64,000 bases of DNA from Octopus bimaculoides (lineage: Eukaryota), in assembly GCF_001194135.2 (NCBI RefSeq), contig NC_068994.1:39464516-39528515 (forward strand). The letters are read 5' to 3'. The position numbers and the translations under genes are program-made. Position 1 is the first letter of the stretch. Each line of letters starts with the position of its first letter. Below are positions 1 to 11,235 of this stretch, one piece after another. The notes under the pieces are model-generated. The model did no database searches and was not told the origin of the DNA. It saw only the letters and a program-made list of their open reading frames with translations.

Positions 1-453
1 AAGGTCATCAAGATCGTTTAATCTGCAGGGAAGGTGATAGCCTCAGTATTTTGGATTGCAAAAAGCATCGTGTTTATTGACTACTTTCAAAGGCTCTCAC
101 CATCAATGGAGAGTGCTGTACTGTGCCACCTTTCTAAGGCAGTTACAAAAGGCTATCAAAACCAAACTCAAGGAAAACTGTCGAGTATGTTTTTCTTTCA
201 TCGAAACAAATACTCCAGTGCACAAGTAATTGGTTTCGATGGCTGCTGTGTGTGATTGGCTTTGGACTGCTAAGCCACCCTCCCTACTTTAGTGATTTGA
301 CCTCATCTTATTATCTATATCCCCTACATATATAAAAAAATCCTCGGTTTGGAACCAATATCATAGTGATGATGTCTTATCAGCTGTTGAAAACTTGTTT
401 AACTAACAAGATAGCTTCTTTTCCAAGGCAATCGAAGCAATGAATCGCTGAAA
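1..453 (+). pseudogene. Decayed mariner (Tc1/mariner, DD34D-type) transposase, C-terminal half
   Basis: Translates with frameshifts to GKVIASVFWIAKSIVFIDYF, similar to the mariner AGKVMASVFWDxxG motif. A decayed HPPYSPDLAPSDYYLFP motif follows at about 273-325. Truncated by the window start and the gap at 454. Confidence 0.85.
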
Positions 454-1391
454 NNNNNNNNNNNNNNNNNNNNNNNNNNNNNNNNNNNNNNNNNNNNNNN
501 NNNNNNNNNNNNNNNNNNNNNNNNNNNNNNNNNNNNNNNNNNNNNNNNNNNNNNNNNNNNNNNNNNNNNNNNNNNNNNNNNNNNNNNNNNNNNNNNNNNN
601 NNNNNNNNNNNNNNNNNNNNNNNNNNNNNNNNNNNNNNNNNNNNNNNNNNNNNNNNNNNNNNNNNNNNNNNNNNNNNNNNNNNNNNNNNNNNNNNNNNNN
701 NNNNNNNNNNNNNNNNNNNNNNNNNNNNNNNNNNNNNNNNNNNNNNNNNNNNNNNNNNNNNNNNNNNNNNNNNNNNNNNNNNNNNNNNNNNNNNNNNNNN
801 NNNNNNNNNNNNNNNNNNNNNNNNNNNNNNNNNNNNNNNNNNNNNNNNNNNNNNNNNNNNNNNNNNNNNNNNNNNNNNNNNNNNNNNNNNNNNNNNNNNN
901 NNNNNNNNNNNNNNNNNNNNNNNNNNNNNNNNNNNNNNNNNNNNNNNNNNNNNNNNNNNNNNNNNNNNNNNNNNNNNNNNNNNNNNNNNNNNNNNNNNNN
1001 NNNNNNNNNNNNNNNNNNNNNNNNNNNNNNNNNNNNNNNNNNNNNNNNNNNNNNNNNNNNNNNNNNNNNNNNNNNNNNNNNNNNNNNNNNNNNNNNNNNN
1101 NNNNNNNNNNNNNNNNNNNNNNNNNNNNNNNNNNNNNNNNNNNNNNNNNNNNNNNNNNNNNNNNNNNNNNNNNNNNNNNNNNNNNNNNNNNNNNNNNNNN
1201 NNNNNNNNNNNNNNNNNNNNNNNNNNNNNNNNNNNNNNNNNNNNNNNNNNNNNNNNNNNNNNNNNNNNNNNNNNNNNNNNNNNNNNNNNNNNNNNNNNNN
1301 NNNNNNNNNNNNNNNNNNNNNNNNNNNNNNNNNNNNNNNNNNNNNNNNNNNNNNNNNNNNNNNNNNNNNNNNNNNNNNNNNNNNNNNNNNN
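454..1391. other. Assembly gap (others: 4627-4876, 8716-9570, 16752-17221, 18913-19251, 29962-30435, 31119-31861, 36511-36943, 37437-37446, 41112-41305, 45664-46379, 50656-50992)
   Basis: N runs, most bordered by (TA)n or (CA)n microsatellites. Confidence 1.
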
Positions 1392-1676
1392 TGAGGTTAT
1401 CCATGTAATACAAAAAGAAAATTGCAGATAAGTTGAATATAAAAGTGAAAAATAATCATTGAATACTGAAAAAACATTCACCTCCCCTAACTTTAAACCC
1501 TAACCCTAATCCCTGACCCTTAATAAAATATGGGAAAAGCTGGAGATGAATGTTTTGAAAACATTCTGAACTATCTTTCAGAATGGTTTACTTTTCAATG
1601 AAATGTCATTTTGTTATTTTTCATGTTTTTATTCAATTAATCTGCAATTTTCTTCTTGTATTAGATGGATAACCCA
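1392..1676. mobile_element. Fold-back/MITE-like element with ~61-bp inverted repeats around telomere-like CCCTAA units
   Basis: 1392-1455 is the reverse complement of 1614-1676 at about 54/61 positions. The spacer has degenerate (CCCTAA)n at 1485-1522 and a 9-bp hairpin at 1562-1585. Confidence 0.55.
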
Positions 1677-2231
1677 CCCTCCATTTACAGCAAGTAGCGA
1701 GCGTCTCGTTTTTTACCTGTGTGCTAAATTTGACTACTTACGACTAACACAGGTACATGTGCAAATTTGTGACATGCACACTCCCAGAACTCGGATGAAC
1801 ACTTCTCCAGTAGTGCCAAATTTTGAAACTGAGTTTGCACCTCCTAAGCAAATTTTGTTCCCGGGCCACTGTACATGTGTGACACATTTCCAAACGATTT
1901 TCCAGCATCCAATTAAAACTTGATGACCAATGATATTGTGATGTGCTTTTGAATATTATTGCTTATACAATGTTACATTGCCTCTCTGCTTCAATTGTTT
2001 GAATAACTGGGGACATGAAATTCAGTGTCACAGCTCAATAAACTTCATCTATTGAGATATATACACTTTGTATATTGAGTACTTTTCCTTCATTTCTAAG
2101 CACCAATGTTTTTCAACTTTTTCATACACATATAAAATGGCATGTTCAATCTGTTGTATGTGGATATCATATTCACTTGTTAGGCATTTGGTTTATATTT
2201 TTAATTATTAATTTAGTATGTTTAAGGTAAG

Positions 2232-2432
2232 CAAGCTGATAGAATTATTAGCATAATGGATAAAATGCTTAGATGCATTTCTTCCAGTTCTGAGTTCATA
2301 TTTCACTAAGGTTGATTTTATTTTTCATTCATTCAGATTTGATAAAATAAGTATCATTTGAACACTGAGGTTGATGTAATTTAACTAATACCCTTCCCTC
2401 AAAACTGTTGGCCTTGTGTTGAAATTTGAACC
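2232..2432 (+). mobile_element. SINE family A (tRNA head, Meta-domain-like core), degenerate
   Basis: Aligns by eye to the intact copies at 3408-3639 and 22547-22758: A-box-like gatagaattattagc, B-box-like gagttcatattt, core ttcattc..gataaaataagta, tail ggccttgtg..aaatttgaa. Confidence 0.7.
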
Positions 2433-3407
2433 ATGTTTTTGTTTGTTGGGTGTGTTGTATCACTGAATATTCTGTCCTTTTTCTCTTGTTTGCTACATTT
2501 TGTTGATTATTACTATACTGTCATTTTAACTGTTTGTCATTAGTTAGTTGTATACAGTATCTACCTTCTCTGTACTATTATTCTGTTGGAGTTAGTATTG
2601 ACTGAGTTGGTGTCTTATCTAGTGTTATTGAATATAAATTTGGGATATTGTCATCTTATTTTTTCCATTGTCAGTTCATTGGACATATTACTTTTATTTG
2701 TTAGTTAGTATTTATCCAGCTTCTGTAAAATATTGTTCTATATAGTTAGTATTGATTGTGTTAGTGACCTACCTACCAACTATGATGTCCTACAAACTAC
2801 AATGTCCTACCTACTACAGGTAGTATAGCATGTGTACTAGAGCTAACCAATGTAGAATGACTGGCTAGGCAGTCATTCTATTAGCTACTGTCTCCTTACC
2901 ATGGATCTACTCCTATTTCATCATCAAATATTAACCGTTCCTGTAGATTTCACCAATTTTCAAAAATAAATTTATTCTGAGGTCTGCAGTATAACATTAC
3001 TTCATTTTTCCTGTTCAGTAGACATAATTTGTGTAAAAGCTATATTTTTCTGTGGTGCAGAGATCATATCCCAGGATTACTTTCCTAGTGCTGGTGTTAT
3101 CCATTATTGCCCAGCATATATTTGTACTTTCCTCTCTTAGACCTCAATTGGGTCACCATAAAGGCGTAGGATTCCTTCAATATGTATTGCTGAATAAATG
3201 AATATATGTACATGATATATCTATGTAGCTTTGACTATCTCAATTTTTTTTCTAATAAATTTTTATCAGTTTGACCTTTCTTGTGCTGTTGCCATAGAGT
3301 TTGCTTCTTTTTAAAACAATTTTTATTCAACAAATTAAAGCAATGCCTTCAAGCAATTTTCACTTACCAGGAATTGTTTTGATCTGTTGTAGCTGCATAT
3401 GTTTCCT

Positions 3408-3639
3408 ATTTCTTTATTGCCCACAAGGGGCTAAACATAGAGGGGACAAACAAGGACAGACAAAGGGATTAAGTCGATTACATCGACCTCAGTGAGTAAC
3501 TGGTACTTAATTTATCGACCCCGAAAGGATGAAAGGCAAAGTTGACTTCGGCGGAATTTGAACTCAGAACGTAACGACAGACGAAATACCGCTAAGCATT
3601 TCGCTCGGTGTGTTAACGATTCTGCCAGCTCACCGCCTC
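3408..3639 (-). mobile_element. SINE family A, young copy with 19-bp target-site duplication
   Basis: Minus strand reads ggcggtgagctggcagaatcgttaac (A box), gagttcaaattccg (B box), then gcctttcatcctttcggggtcgataaattaagtaccag. The perfect TSD gtagctgcatatgtttcct lies at 3389-3407 and 3640-3658. CpGs are largely intact. Confidence 0.92.
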
Positions 3640-3717
3640 GTAGCTGCATATGTTTCCTGCGGGTGTTTTTGATCAATTTCTTTTGTATTGCTTCTTGTAT
3701 ATAATTTCTTATATATA

Positions 3718-4615
3718 TACATTGTTTGATCAATAAGTATCCGGACTGTTGCTATAGTAACAAAGCTAAAGCAAGGAGAGTGAAACTACTCCGTACAAAT
3801 TGGCCCTAAACTCTGTTGTGCATGCATACTGAGTTTTAATGTTCTACCTCACTTCCACTGTTTACAGCAGTACTTGGAAGGAAGGTGTGTAGCACGTGAT
3901 CATAGCATTGACCATGACAGAGAAAACTGAGCAGAGAATCTGCATCAAATTTTGCCAAAACTTTGACAATACCTGCTCAGAGGCCTATGCAAAGTTTTCA
4001 AAAAGTTTTTATCGTTCTTGACACAATCAAAGAGATCTCGTGCAACTCAAACCCAAATGTCTTTTTGGTCAGCTGAAAGCAGTTTTGGCACAAACTTGGC
4101 ATGTATGCATCTCATACCCAAATCTTCAGTGATAATGGACTGAACTGAACCGTAACTAATCTGCTCATCCTCTGATAACTCACAGATGGTGATTCGACGA
4201 TTTCCCCTCACAGCTGCATGCACATCTGCAATGTTTTTTCTCAGTTCTGCTGGTTGCGGGTCTCCCAGAACTTTTATCAATATCGGCATTTTTTCAGTCA
4301 TCTTCAAAACCTCTGAACCACTCGTACACCTGTGTGTGACTCATACATCCCTCTCTATACACTTTCTTCAACTTTGCGTAGGCCTCTGAGCAGGTGTCAT
4401 GATGACAACTCTCTGTCATGATCAATGCAACAAGCACACACTACAAATCTTCCTTCGAAGCATTGTTGTAAATAGTAGAAGTGTGTGAGAATGTTAAAGC
4501 TTAGTGTGCATGCCCAGCAGAGTTCAAGGTCAGTCTGTGCCAAGTGGCTTCACTCTGTGTGCTTTAGCTTCATTACTATGGCAATAGTCTGGAGCCTTAT
4601 TGATTAGACCTCGTA
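3718..4615. mobile_element. Mariner relic made of two 5' ends in head-to-head orientation
   Basis: The plus strand has a left TIR (tgatcaataagtatccggactg, 3727) and the transposase start MTEKTEQRICIKFCQ (3915). From about 4010 to 4613 the same 5' end lies on the minus strand, including NRRITICELS...AKFVPKLL and TIR tacgaggtctaatcaataagg. TA lies at both outer ends. Confidence 0.85.
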
Positions 4616-4876
4616 TATATATATATNNNNNNNNNNNNNNNNNNNNNNNNNNNNNNNNNNNNNNNNNNNNNNNNNNNNNNNNNNNNNNNNNNNNNNNNNN
4701 NNNNNNNNNNNNNNNNNNNNNNNNNNNNNNNNNNNNNNNNNNNNNNNNNNNNNNNNNNNNNNNNNNNNNNNNNNNNNNNNNNNNNNNNNNNNNNNNNNNN
4801 NNNNNNNNNNNNNNNNNNNNNNNNNNNNNNNNNNNNNNNNNNNNNNNNNNNNNNNNNNNNNNNNNNNNNNNNNNNN

Positions 4877-4911
<35 letters not shown>

Positions 4912-4915
<4 letters not shown>

Positions 4916-5310
4916 TTTTATTATTTTACTTATTTCAGTCATTTGATTGCAGCCATGCTTGAGCACTGCCCTGAAGAGTTTTACTTGAAGAAATCAATGA
5001 CAGGACTTATTCTTTGTAAGCCCAGCACTTATTCTATTGGCCTCTTTCACTGAACCACTGAGTTATGAGCTTGTAAATACATCAACATCAGTTGTCAAGC
5101 GATGGTGGGGCTACACACACACATGCACACACACACATTATATATATATATATACATACTATGGGCTTCTTTCAGTTTCCATCTGCCAAATCCACTCACA
5201 AGGCCCAATGCTATAGCTGAAGATACTTGCCCAAGGTGCCAAGCAGTGAGACTGAACCTAGAACCATGTGGTTGGGAGGCAAGCTTCTTACAAACACAGC
5301 CACACTTATA
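4912..5310 (-). mobile_element. SINE family B (tRNA head, CORE-like segment, internal microsatellite, tail; OR-type octopus SINE-like)
   Basis: Minus strand: ggctgtgtttgtaagaagcttgc head, B-box-like ggttcagtctc, CORE-like gcaccttgggcaagtatctt, (CA/TA)n, then tail gcttgacaactgatg...gactgaaataagtaaaa. It matches the better copy at 34661-35059. Confidence 0.85.
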
Positions 5311-5329
5311 TATTTTATCTTCAATCTTT

Positions 5330-5727
5330 TATTTTTTACTTGTTTCAGGCTGTAAACTGCAGCCATGCAAGGACATCACCTTTAAGGGGTTAGTCAATCA
5401 AATCAGCCTCAGTTTTTATTTCTAAGTCTAGTATTATTCTATCAGTCCTTTTTGCCAAAATGCTAAGTGATACGTATGTAAACAAACCAACACTGGTGGT
5501 CAAGGAGTGAGAGAACAAACACAAAGACATGTACACACATATACATACAACACACACACACACACACACACACATGGCAGATTTGCATAGATTTTCCATC
5601 TACCAAGTTCACTCACAAATTATTAGCTGGCCTTTGGCAATAGTGGATGATACTTGCTCAAGGTGCCACACAGTGGGACTGAACCTGAAATAATGTGGTT
5701 ACAAAGCACACACCTATACTTGTGCCT
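5330..5727 (-). mobile_element. SINE family B, second copy directly in tandem
   Basis: Same module order as 4912-5310, more diverged. Confidence 0.8.
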
Positions 5728-5865
5728 ATATATATAGTCTGGAAGTTTTAGAAAGTCTTTTGTTATGTAAGACTAAAGACTATATAGAATTAGACAATGT
5801 TGCTTTTTCTCAATTCTGTTTGATTTTTGCTTTGTTTGCCTTTGGGAATTACACACGCACACATG

Positions 5866-5906
<41 letters not shown>

Positions 5907-8014
5907 CAGCATTATTTTATTCTGTAATAATTTCCATTAATATGGTATTACTGTTTCCCTAATTTTGTAAAAATTAATATTAAAAATTACATAGAATGTA
6001 TGAATATAACCATGTATCTTTGATGTTAATATATTAAATATGTGTAAGATATCACAGTTTCATATCCTCTTTGAAATGCTTGGATGTACAGGTTACTTCA
6101 TATGGAAATGAGTATAAATGTATATAAGATGACATTGTTATAAGTCATGTTAACATCTGAAAATATATCTTACATCTATTCTTCTTTTGTAAATTCTTTT
6201 GTATTACATATTGAGACAACCATCCCACTTAAACCATTAGACTCTTTTGGAATATACAAAAATCAGACATCAAACATTAATATATTTTAATTGCTTACAG
6301 CCAGAGTGACAATAACACTTTTTCTCAGTTCTTTACTGACAGATGAAGAGCAAGCGTTGAGACGTTATGTTCTAGATGCTTTATGGCAATTTGGTTTATA
6401 TAATTCTTCCATGAACTCCTACTGAGTAATTATTGCTAGCAGATACCATTGATAGTTATCTAAGATTTTATATTTTACTTTGTATTTATAAGTACTCATC
6501 AGTAAGTGAATATAAAAGAGAAATATTTAAGTTGCCTATACATAAATAATATTGTTGTCGTTGTTATTGTCATTGGTCTCAACATCAGTGGTATTTGCAT
6601 TGGAAAGCATTGGTGCCACTGTTGGCCATGGGTGGTTTTTACAACATTGTTTTCATCATCGTCATAGTTGTTGTAATAATCATCAGCATCGTTGTTATTC
6701 ACTTTCCTTACTGCCATGGGTTAGAGGGTTAAACAAGCTCCAACAGGTAAGAAAACTCTGTTTTTATTTTCAATGTCTCAGTTTTGGCATGTTTTCTATG
6801 ACTGAAGGTCCTTCCTAATGTCATTCACTTGCAAAGTGTACTGCATACCTTTATTTCCATGACTTGGCATTTGTAATTTGCAAGTCTAAAGGACCCCTTG
6901 ACTGAGAGGGAGGTAGTGTTATGTAAGATGTTTAGAAATTAATAGGAACAGCTTAATATGTGTGAGTGTGTGTATGTGTGCTTGTGCATATGAATATACA
7001 GATAATTACATGTAAACAATTTAAATATGAATGTACACACTTATAGGTATGAGAAATAAAAAAATAAATAGATGTTAAGTAATATTATGGTTTTAAATGT
7101 AAGCTTAACCGGAGATGGCATCTTGTAAATGTTTACATTTCAACGAGCAAGGGAAATCTTTAAAGATTTCTCTTTTTTTTTTTTAGTTCTCCAAAATTCT
7201 AAATTTTGGATTAACTGGATATGGTTCCATAAACCAAATTCAGGTTGGGGTGGGCAGTAATAACGTTTAAAAACAACTCAATAGTGAAGAAATTTGAATT
7301 TAATTTGAAATTCTATAAAAACTGAAAACAAACTTCGAATTAATAAAAAAAAAATTAGATCTTAATTTAATTTTTACATAAAAAATGTACACTTTTTTCT
7401 TCTAGTTTTGGATCCCAAAACATTCATTTTATCAAATCAAAATTTCAAAGTAAGCAGGAAAAAAGGCATCAGGAATCTGAATTAAAATTCTTGCTGTTTT
7501 CAATATATTATCACATTATTAATAGTAACACACATGAAATTACAAGCCAAACTAAAGACAGCTCCACATAAACCATTCTGTAGTTGAAGAACTACAATAT
7601 TTTATTGGAAACAAAATTTTGGAATGATGATGGATGTGGCATTTTTTTAGTGGGCATGAATCTAAGTAAGTTTTTAAAATATCTATTACTTCATTCTCAC
7701 TCAAATCCTTAAGAAACGTACTAATCTTTAAGAAAGAAATTCCTGAAAAAACTTCAAACCATATAGCACTTGATTACCACAAAGACCACAAAAGAAGGTT
7801 TGATGTTACACATCTACTTACCTTTGTGATCTTTCTGTACCTCTTTTACCAGAGATTTCTTCATATATGGCAATATTTGTTAGTTTCAACATACTGTGTT
7901 ACGTGACAAAACCACGTCATTTCCTGCAACTTAGCAACTAAAAGGAAAGTTTCGTGGCGTACTGCCCTTCCAGCAATTTCTTTCTTAACATTCTTATTAA
8001 TTCAATATTCTGTA

Positions 8015-8242
8015 TTTGGAATGTTATATTTGTTCCAGTCTTTGGACTGCATTCATGCTGGGGCACTGCCTAAAAAGGGTTTTGTCAAATGAAAAACCCT
8101 GATACTTATTCTATCAGTCACTTCTGCTGAACTGCAAAGTTAGATGGACATAAGCAAACAGTTGTCAAGCAGTGGTGGGAGACAAACACAAAGACACACA
8201 TATATAGATATATGCATACACACACACACACACACACACACA

Positions 8243-8295
<53 letters not shown>

Positions 8296-8443
8296 ACACA
8301 TATGTGTGTACAACTTGCATCTTTTTGTCTGTCAAATTTACTCATAAGGCTTTGGTCAGCTTGCCCCAAGTTTCATGCTGGAGTACTGAATCTGGAACCA
8401 TGTGATTGTGAAGTAAGTTTCTTATCACACAGCCAAGCCTTTC
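8015..8443 (-). mobile_element. SINE family B with expanded (CA)/(CT) microsatellite
   Basis: Tail at 8015-8200, microsatellite at 8200-8310, head at 8310-8443; same motifs as 34661-35059. Confidence 0.8.
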
Positions 8444-8683
8444 TATAGTAATTCATTTTAAATTCATTTACAAATTTTTTACCCACTGAGCCAATGCCTT
8501 GAGAATAAATTTAGTTGACAGAACCATGTGGAAGTTCATTACATACATACATACAAACAAACAAACAAAAATACCCTGTTGTTGATGTTGAAATTCCAAT
8601 AAAAGAACCTTGGATCTAGGTTAGAAACCGATTCTTTCTCTATTGAGAAACAGAATAATGACATTCTTATATACATATATAAC

Positions 8684-8715
<32 letters not shown>

Positions 8716-9570
8716 NNNNNNNNNNNNNNNNNNNNNNNNNNNNNNNNNNNNNNNNNNNNNNNNNNNNNNNNNNNNNNNNNNNNNNNNNNNNNNNNNNNNN
8801 NNNNNNNNNNNNNNNNNNNNNNNNNNNNNNNNNNNNNNNNNNNNNNNNNNNNNNNNNNNNNNNNNNNNNNNNNNNNNNNNNNNNNNNNNNNNNNNNNNNN
8901 NNNNNNNNNNNNNNNNNNNNNNNNNNNNNNNNNNNNNNNNNNNNNNNNNNNNNNNNNNNNNNNNNNNNNNNNNNNNNNNNNNNNNNNNNNNNNNNNNNNN
9001 NNNNNNNNNNNNNNNNNNNNNNNNNNNNNNNNNNNNNNNNNNNNNNNNNNNNNNNNNNNNNNNNNNNNNNNNNNNNNNNNNNNNNNNNNNNNNNNNNNNN
9101 NNNNNNNNNNNNNNNNNNNNNNNNNNNNNNNNNNNNNNNNNNNNNNNNNNNNNNNNNNNNNNNNNNNNNNNNNNNNNNNNNNNNNNNNNNNNNNNNNNNN
9201 NNNNNNNNNNNNNNNNNNNNNNNNNNNNNNNNNNNNNNNNNNNNNNNNNNNNNNNNNNNNNNNNNNNNNNNNNNNNNNNNNNNNNNNNNNNNNNNNNNNN
9301 NNNNNNNNNNNNNNNNNNNNNNNNNNNNNNNNNNNNNNNNNNNNNNNNNNNNNNNNNNNNNNNNNNNNNNNNNNNNNNNNNNNNNNNNNNNNNNNNNNNN
9401 NNNNNNNNNNNNNNNNNNNNNNNNNNNNNNNNNNNNNNNNNNNNNNNNNNNNNNNNNNNNNNNNNNNNNNNNNNNNNNNNNNNNNNNNNNNNNNNNNNNN
9501 NNNNNNNNNNNNNNNNNNNNNNNNNNNNNNNNNNNNNNNNNNNNNNNNNNNNNNNNNNNNNNNNNNNNNN

Positions 9571-9640
<70 letters not shown>

Positions 9641-9643
9641 ACT

Positions 9644-9684
<41 letters not shown>

Positions 9685-9711
9685 CACTCACACACATATA
9701 TGTATGTATAT

Positions 9712-9865
9712 ACAATAGGCTTCTTTCATGTTCTGCCTGCCAAAACCATTCACAAGGCTTTTGGTTGGCCTGTGGCTATAGTTAAAGATGGTGACACATA
9801 ATGGGACTGAACCTGAAACTATGCTATTGGGAAGCAAACTTCTCAACCACTCAGCTATGCTTGCT
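9712..9865 (-). mobile_element. SINE family B head/CORE fragment
   Basis: ggctttctttcatgttctgcctgccaaaaccattcacaaggc...gggactgaacctgaaactatg matches the family B head. The remainder abuts the microsatellite and gap. Confidence 0.7.
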
Positions 9866-9989
9866 ATAAATAGTGAAAAAAGGTAAAACTGGAAAAATTG
9901 GAGTAAAACTCTATAGAAAACTATTGACAGAACAACAAAAATAAACTATTCCTTAGTAAATAACTGATGTTCATTGCAGGTAGTAATTA

Positions 9990-10215
9990 TTGTCCTCAAG
10001 TGAAGTGGATTGGCCAAATTATAAGGGCATCAGACAAAATGCCTCACAATATTTGCTTTGTCTCTTTACATCCTAAATTCAAATCTCACTGACATCAGCT
10101 TTGCCTTTCATCCTTTTGGGATCATAAAATAATGTAGCAATCAAGTATTGAATCGAATGGCATCAGTTGACCCCACTTCTCTAAAATTGTTGGTCTTGTG
10201 GATAAATTAGAATTA
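9990..10215 (+). mobile_element. SINE family A, degenerate
   Basis: caaaatgcctca...aaattcaaatctc...gctttgcctttcatccttttggg...aaaattgttggtcttgtg matches family A. Confidence 0.7.
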
Positions 10216-11235
10216 GGTAGTGTCCTAAGTAGTAAGCAAACACTAGGGTCCACATAATGAATTGTACTATACCACTCCATGTTGAGGCATTGTGTTTGCT
10301 TGCTTAGAAATCAATTAACACTTTCAGATAAGCTCAATACTTTAGGCAGAATAAAAATTTTAATAGTTTGTTTATTATCCTGTTTGGTAATACCTCCAAT
10401 GAGTATTCTAGATTAACATTTTAGAAACTATTTATAATTTTTATTTTTTTCTCAATATTGTTTTATATCAGATTCAAAATAAATTTACAAGTATGGAAGC
10501 CAACAATTTAATAAATATTTTTGAAATTGTGTAATGAAATGTCAGACCTTTTGTAATAGGAAAATGATACAAAGAAGTCTCTCGCTTGATTCTTCTTTAT
10601 TTCCTTTCAGACAAGAATATGCTTTCAAATTATTTTCTAGGGTCTCAAATCTTTCAGTCAAACTTTGATATCATATCCTATCATCAAATTATATAGTTTT
10701 CTCTTTCATGCCACCAGTGCGTCTTTCTTTATACATGAGAAAACTAAATATAAATATGAGAATTAATAATATAGAACTGACAACATAATTACTACATGAT
10801 ACCATACAAATGCTTTTGTTTTTTGTTTTTAATTTCAAAACTGATATGTTGTTTGGTTTTTGTAAATATTAAATAAAATAGAATGTCAAATACTGTATAC
10901 CACTATCAGTAACATACTAATAATAATGATAATAATAATTCAACAGCAACAACAACAATGACATTTAGTCAACATCACCAAACCACCATCACTATAAATA
11001 AAAACAATAACAATAATAATTACAAAAGCAATTCACAAAATATTTACATTAAAATAATGAAAACTCTCAACTATGTTAACAGTAAACTAATTCATAAATT
11101 AATTTACAGGAAGCAGTAAATTAATATAGACTTTTTTTTTTTGCTTTAGAAAATGAAAACTATTTTATGAAATTTATTTCTTTAACTTGGAAAGCAATTA
11201 ACTTTTCATATTCAAAAGTAATTTTTCTTTGTAGA

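Noticed and set aside
1485-1522. Interstitial telomere or fusion site
   Set aside because: Only about 6 degenerate hexamers, inside a fold-back repeat. Better explained as part of that element.
3560-3639. tRNA genes at SINE heads (A and B boxes), here and in other copies
   Set aside because: No complete cloverleaf, and each continues into SINE body sequence.
6341-6426. Plus-strand acceptor-like site followed by EEQALRRYVLDALWQFGLYNSSMNSY*
   Set aside because: Short, with no supporting upstream exon and no recognised homology. It is expected by chance.
6499-6818. ORFs 6499-6717 (-) and 6552-6818 (+)
   Set aside because: They derive from decayed AAC/GAT trinucleotide repeats and have no domain signature.
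7822-7923. Minus-strand exon-like segment (ttgcag|GAA...AAG|gtaagt) as the missing protocadherin 3' exon
   Set aside because: The donor is perfect, but all three frames contain stops (phase 0 gives EMTWFCHVTQYVETNKYCHI*) and there is no recognisable protocadherin tail motif. It cannot be supported without RNA data.
8621-9785. Long ORFs with X runs and YI/HT/CV/LS repeats, here and at every other gap
   Set aside because: Artefacts of N-gaps and dinucleotide or tetranucleotide microsatellites.
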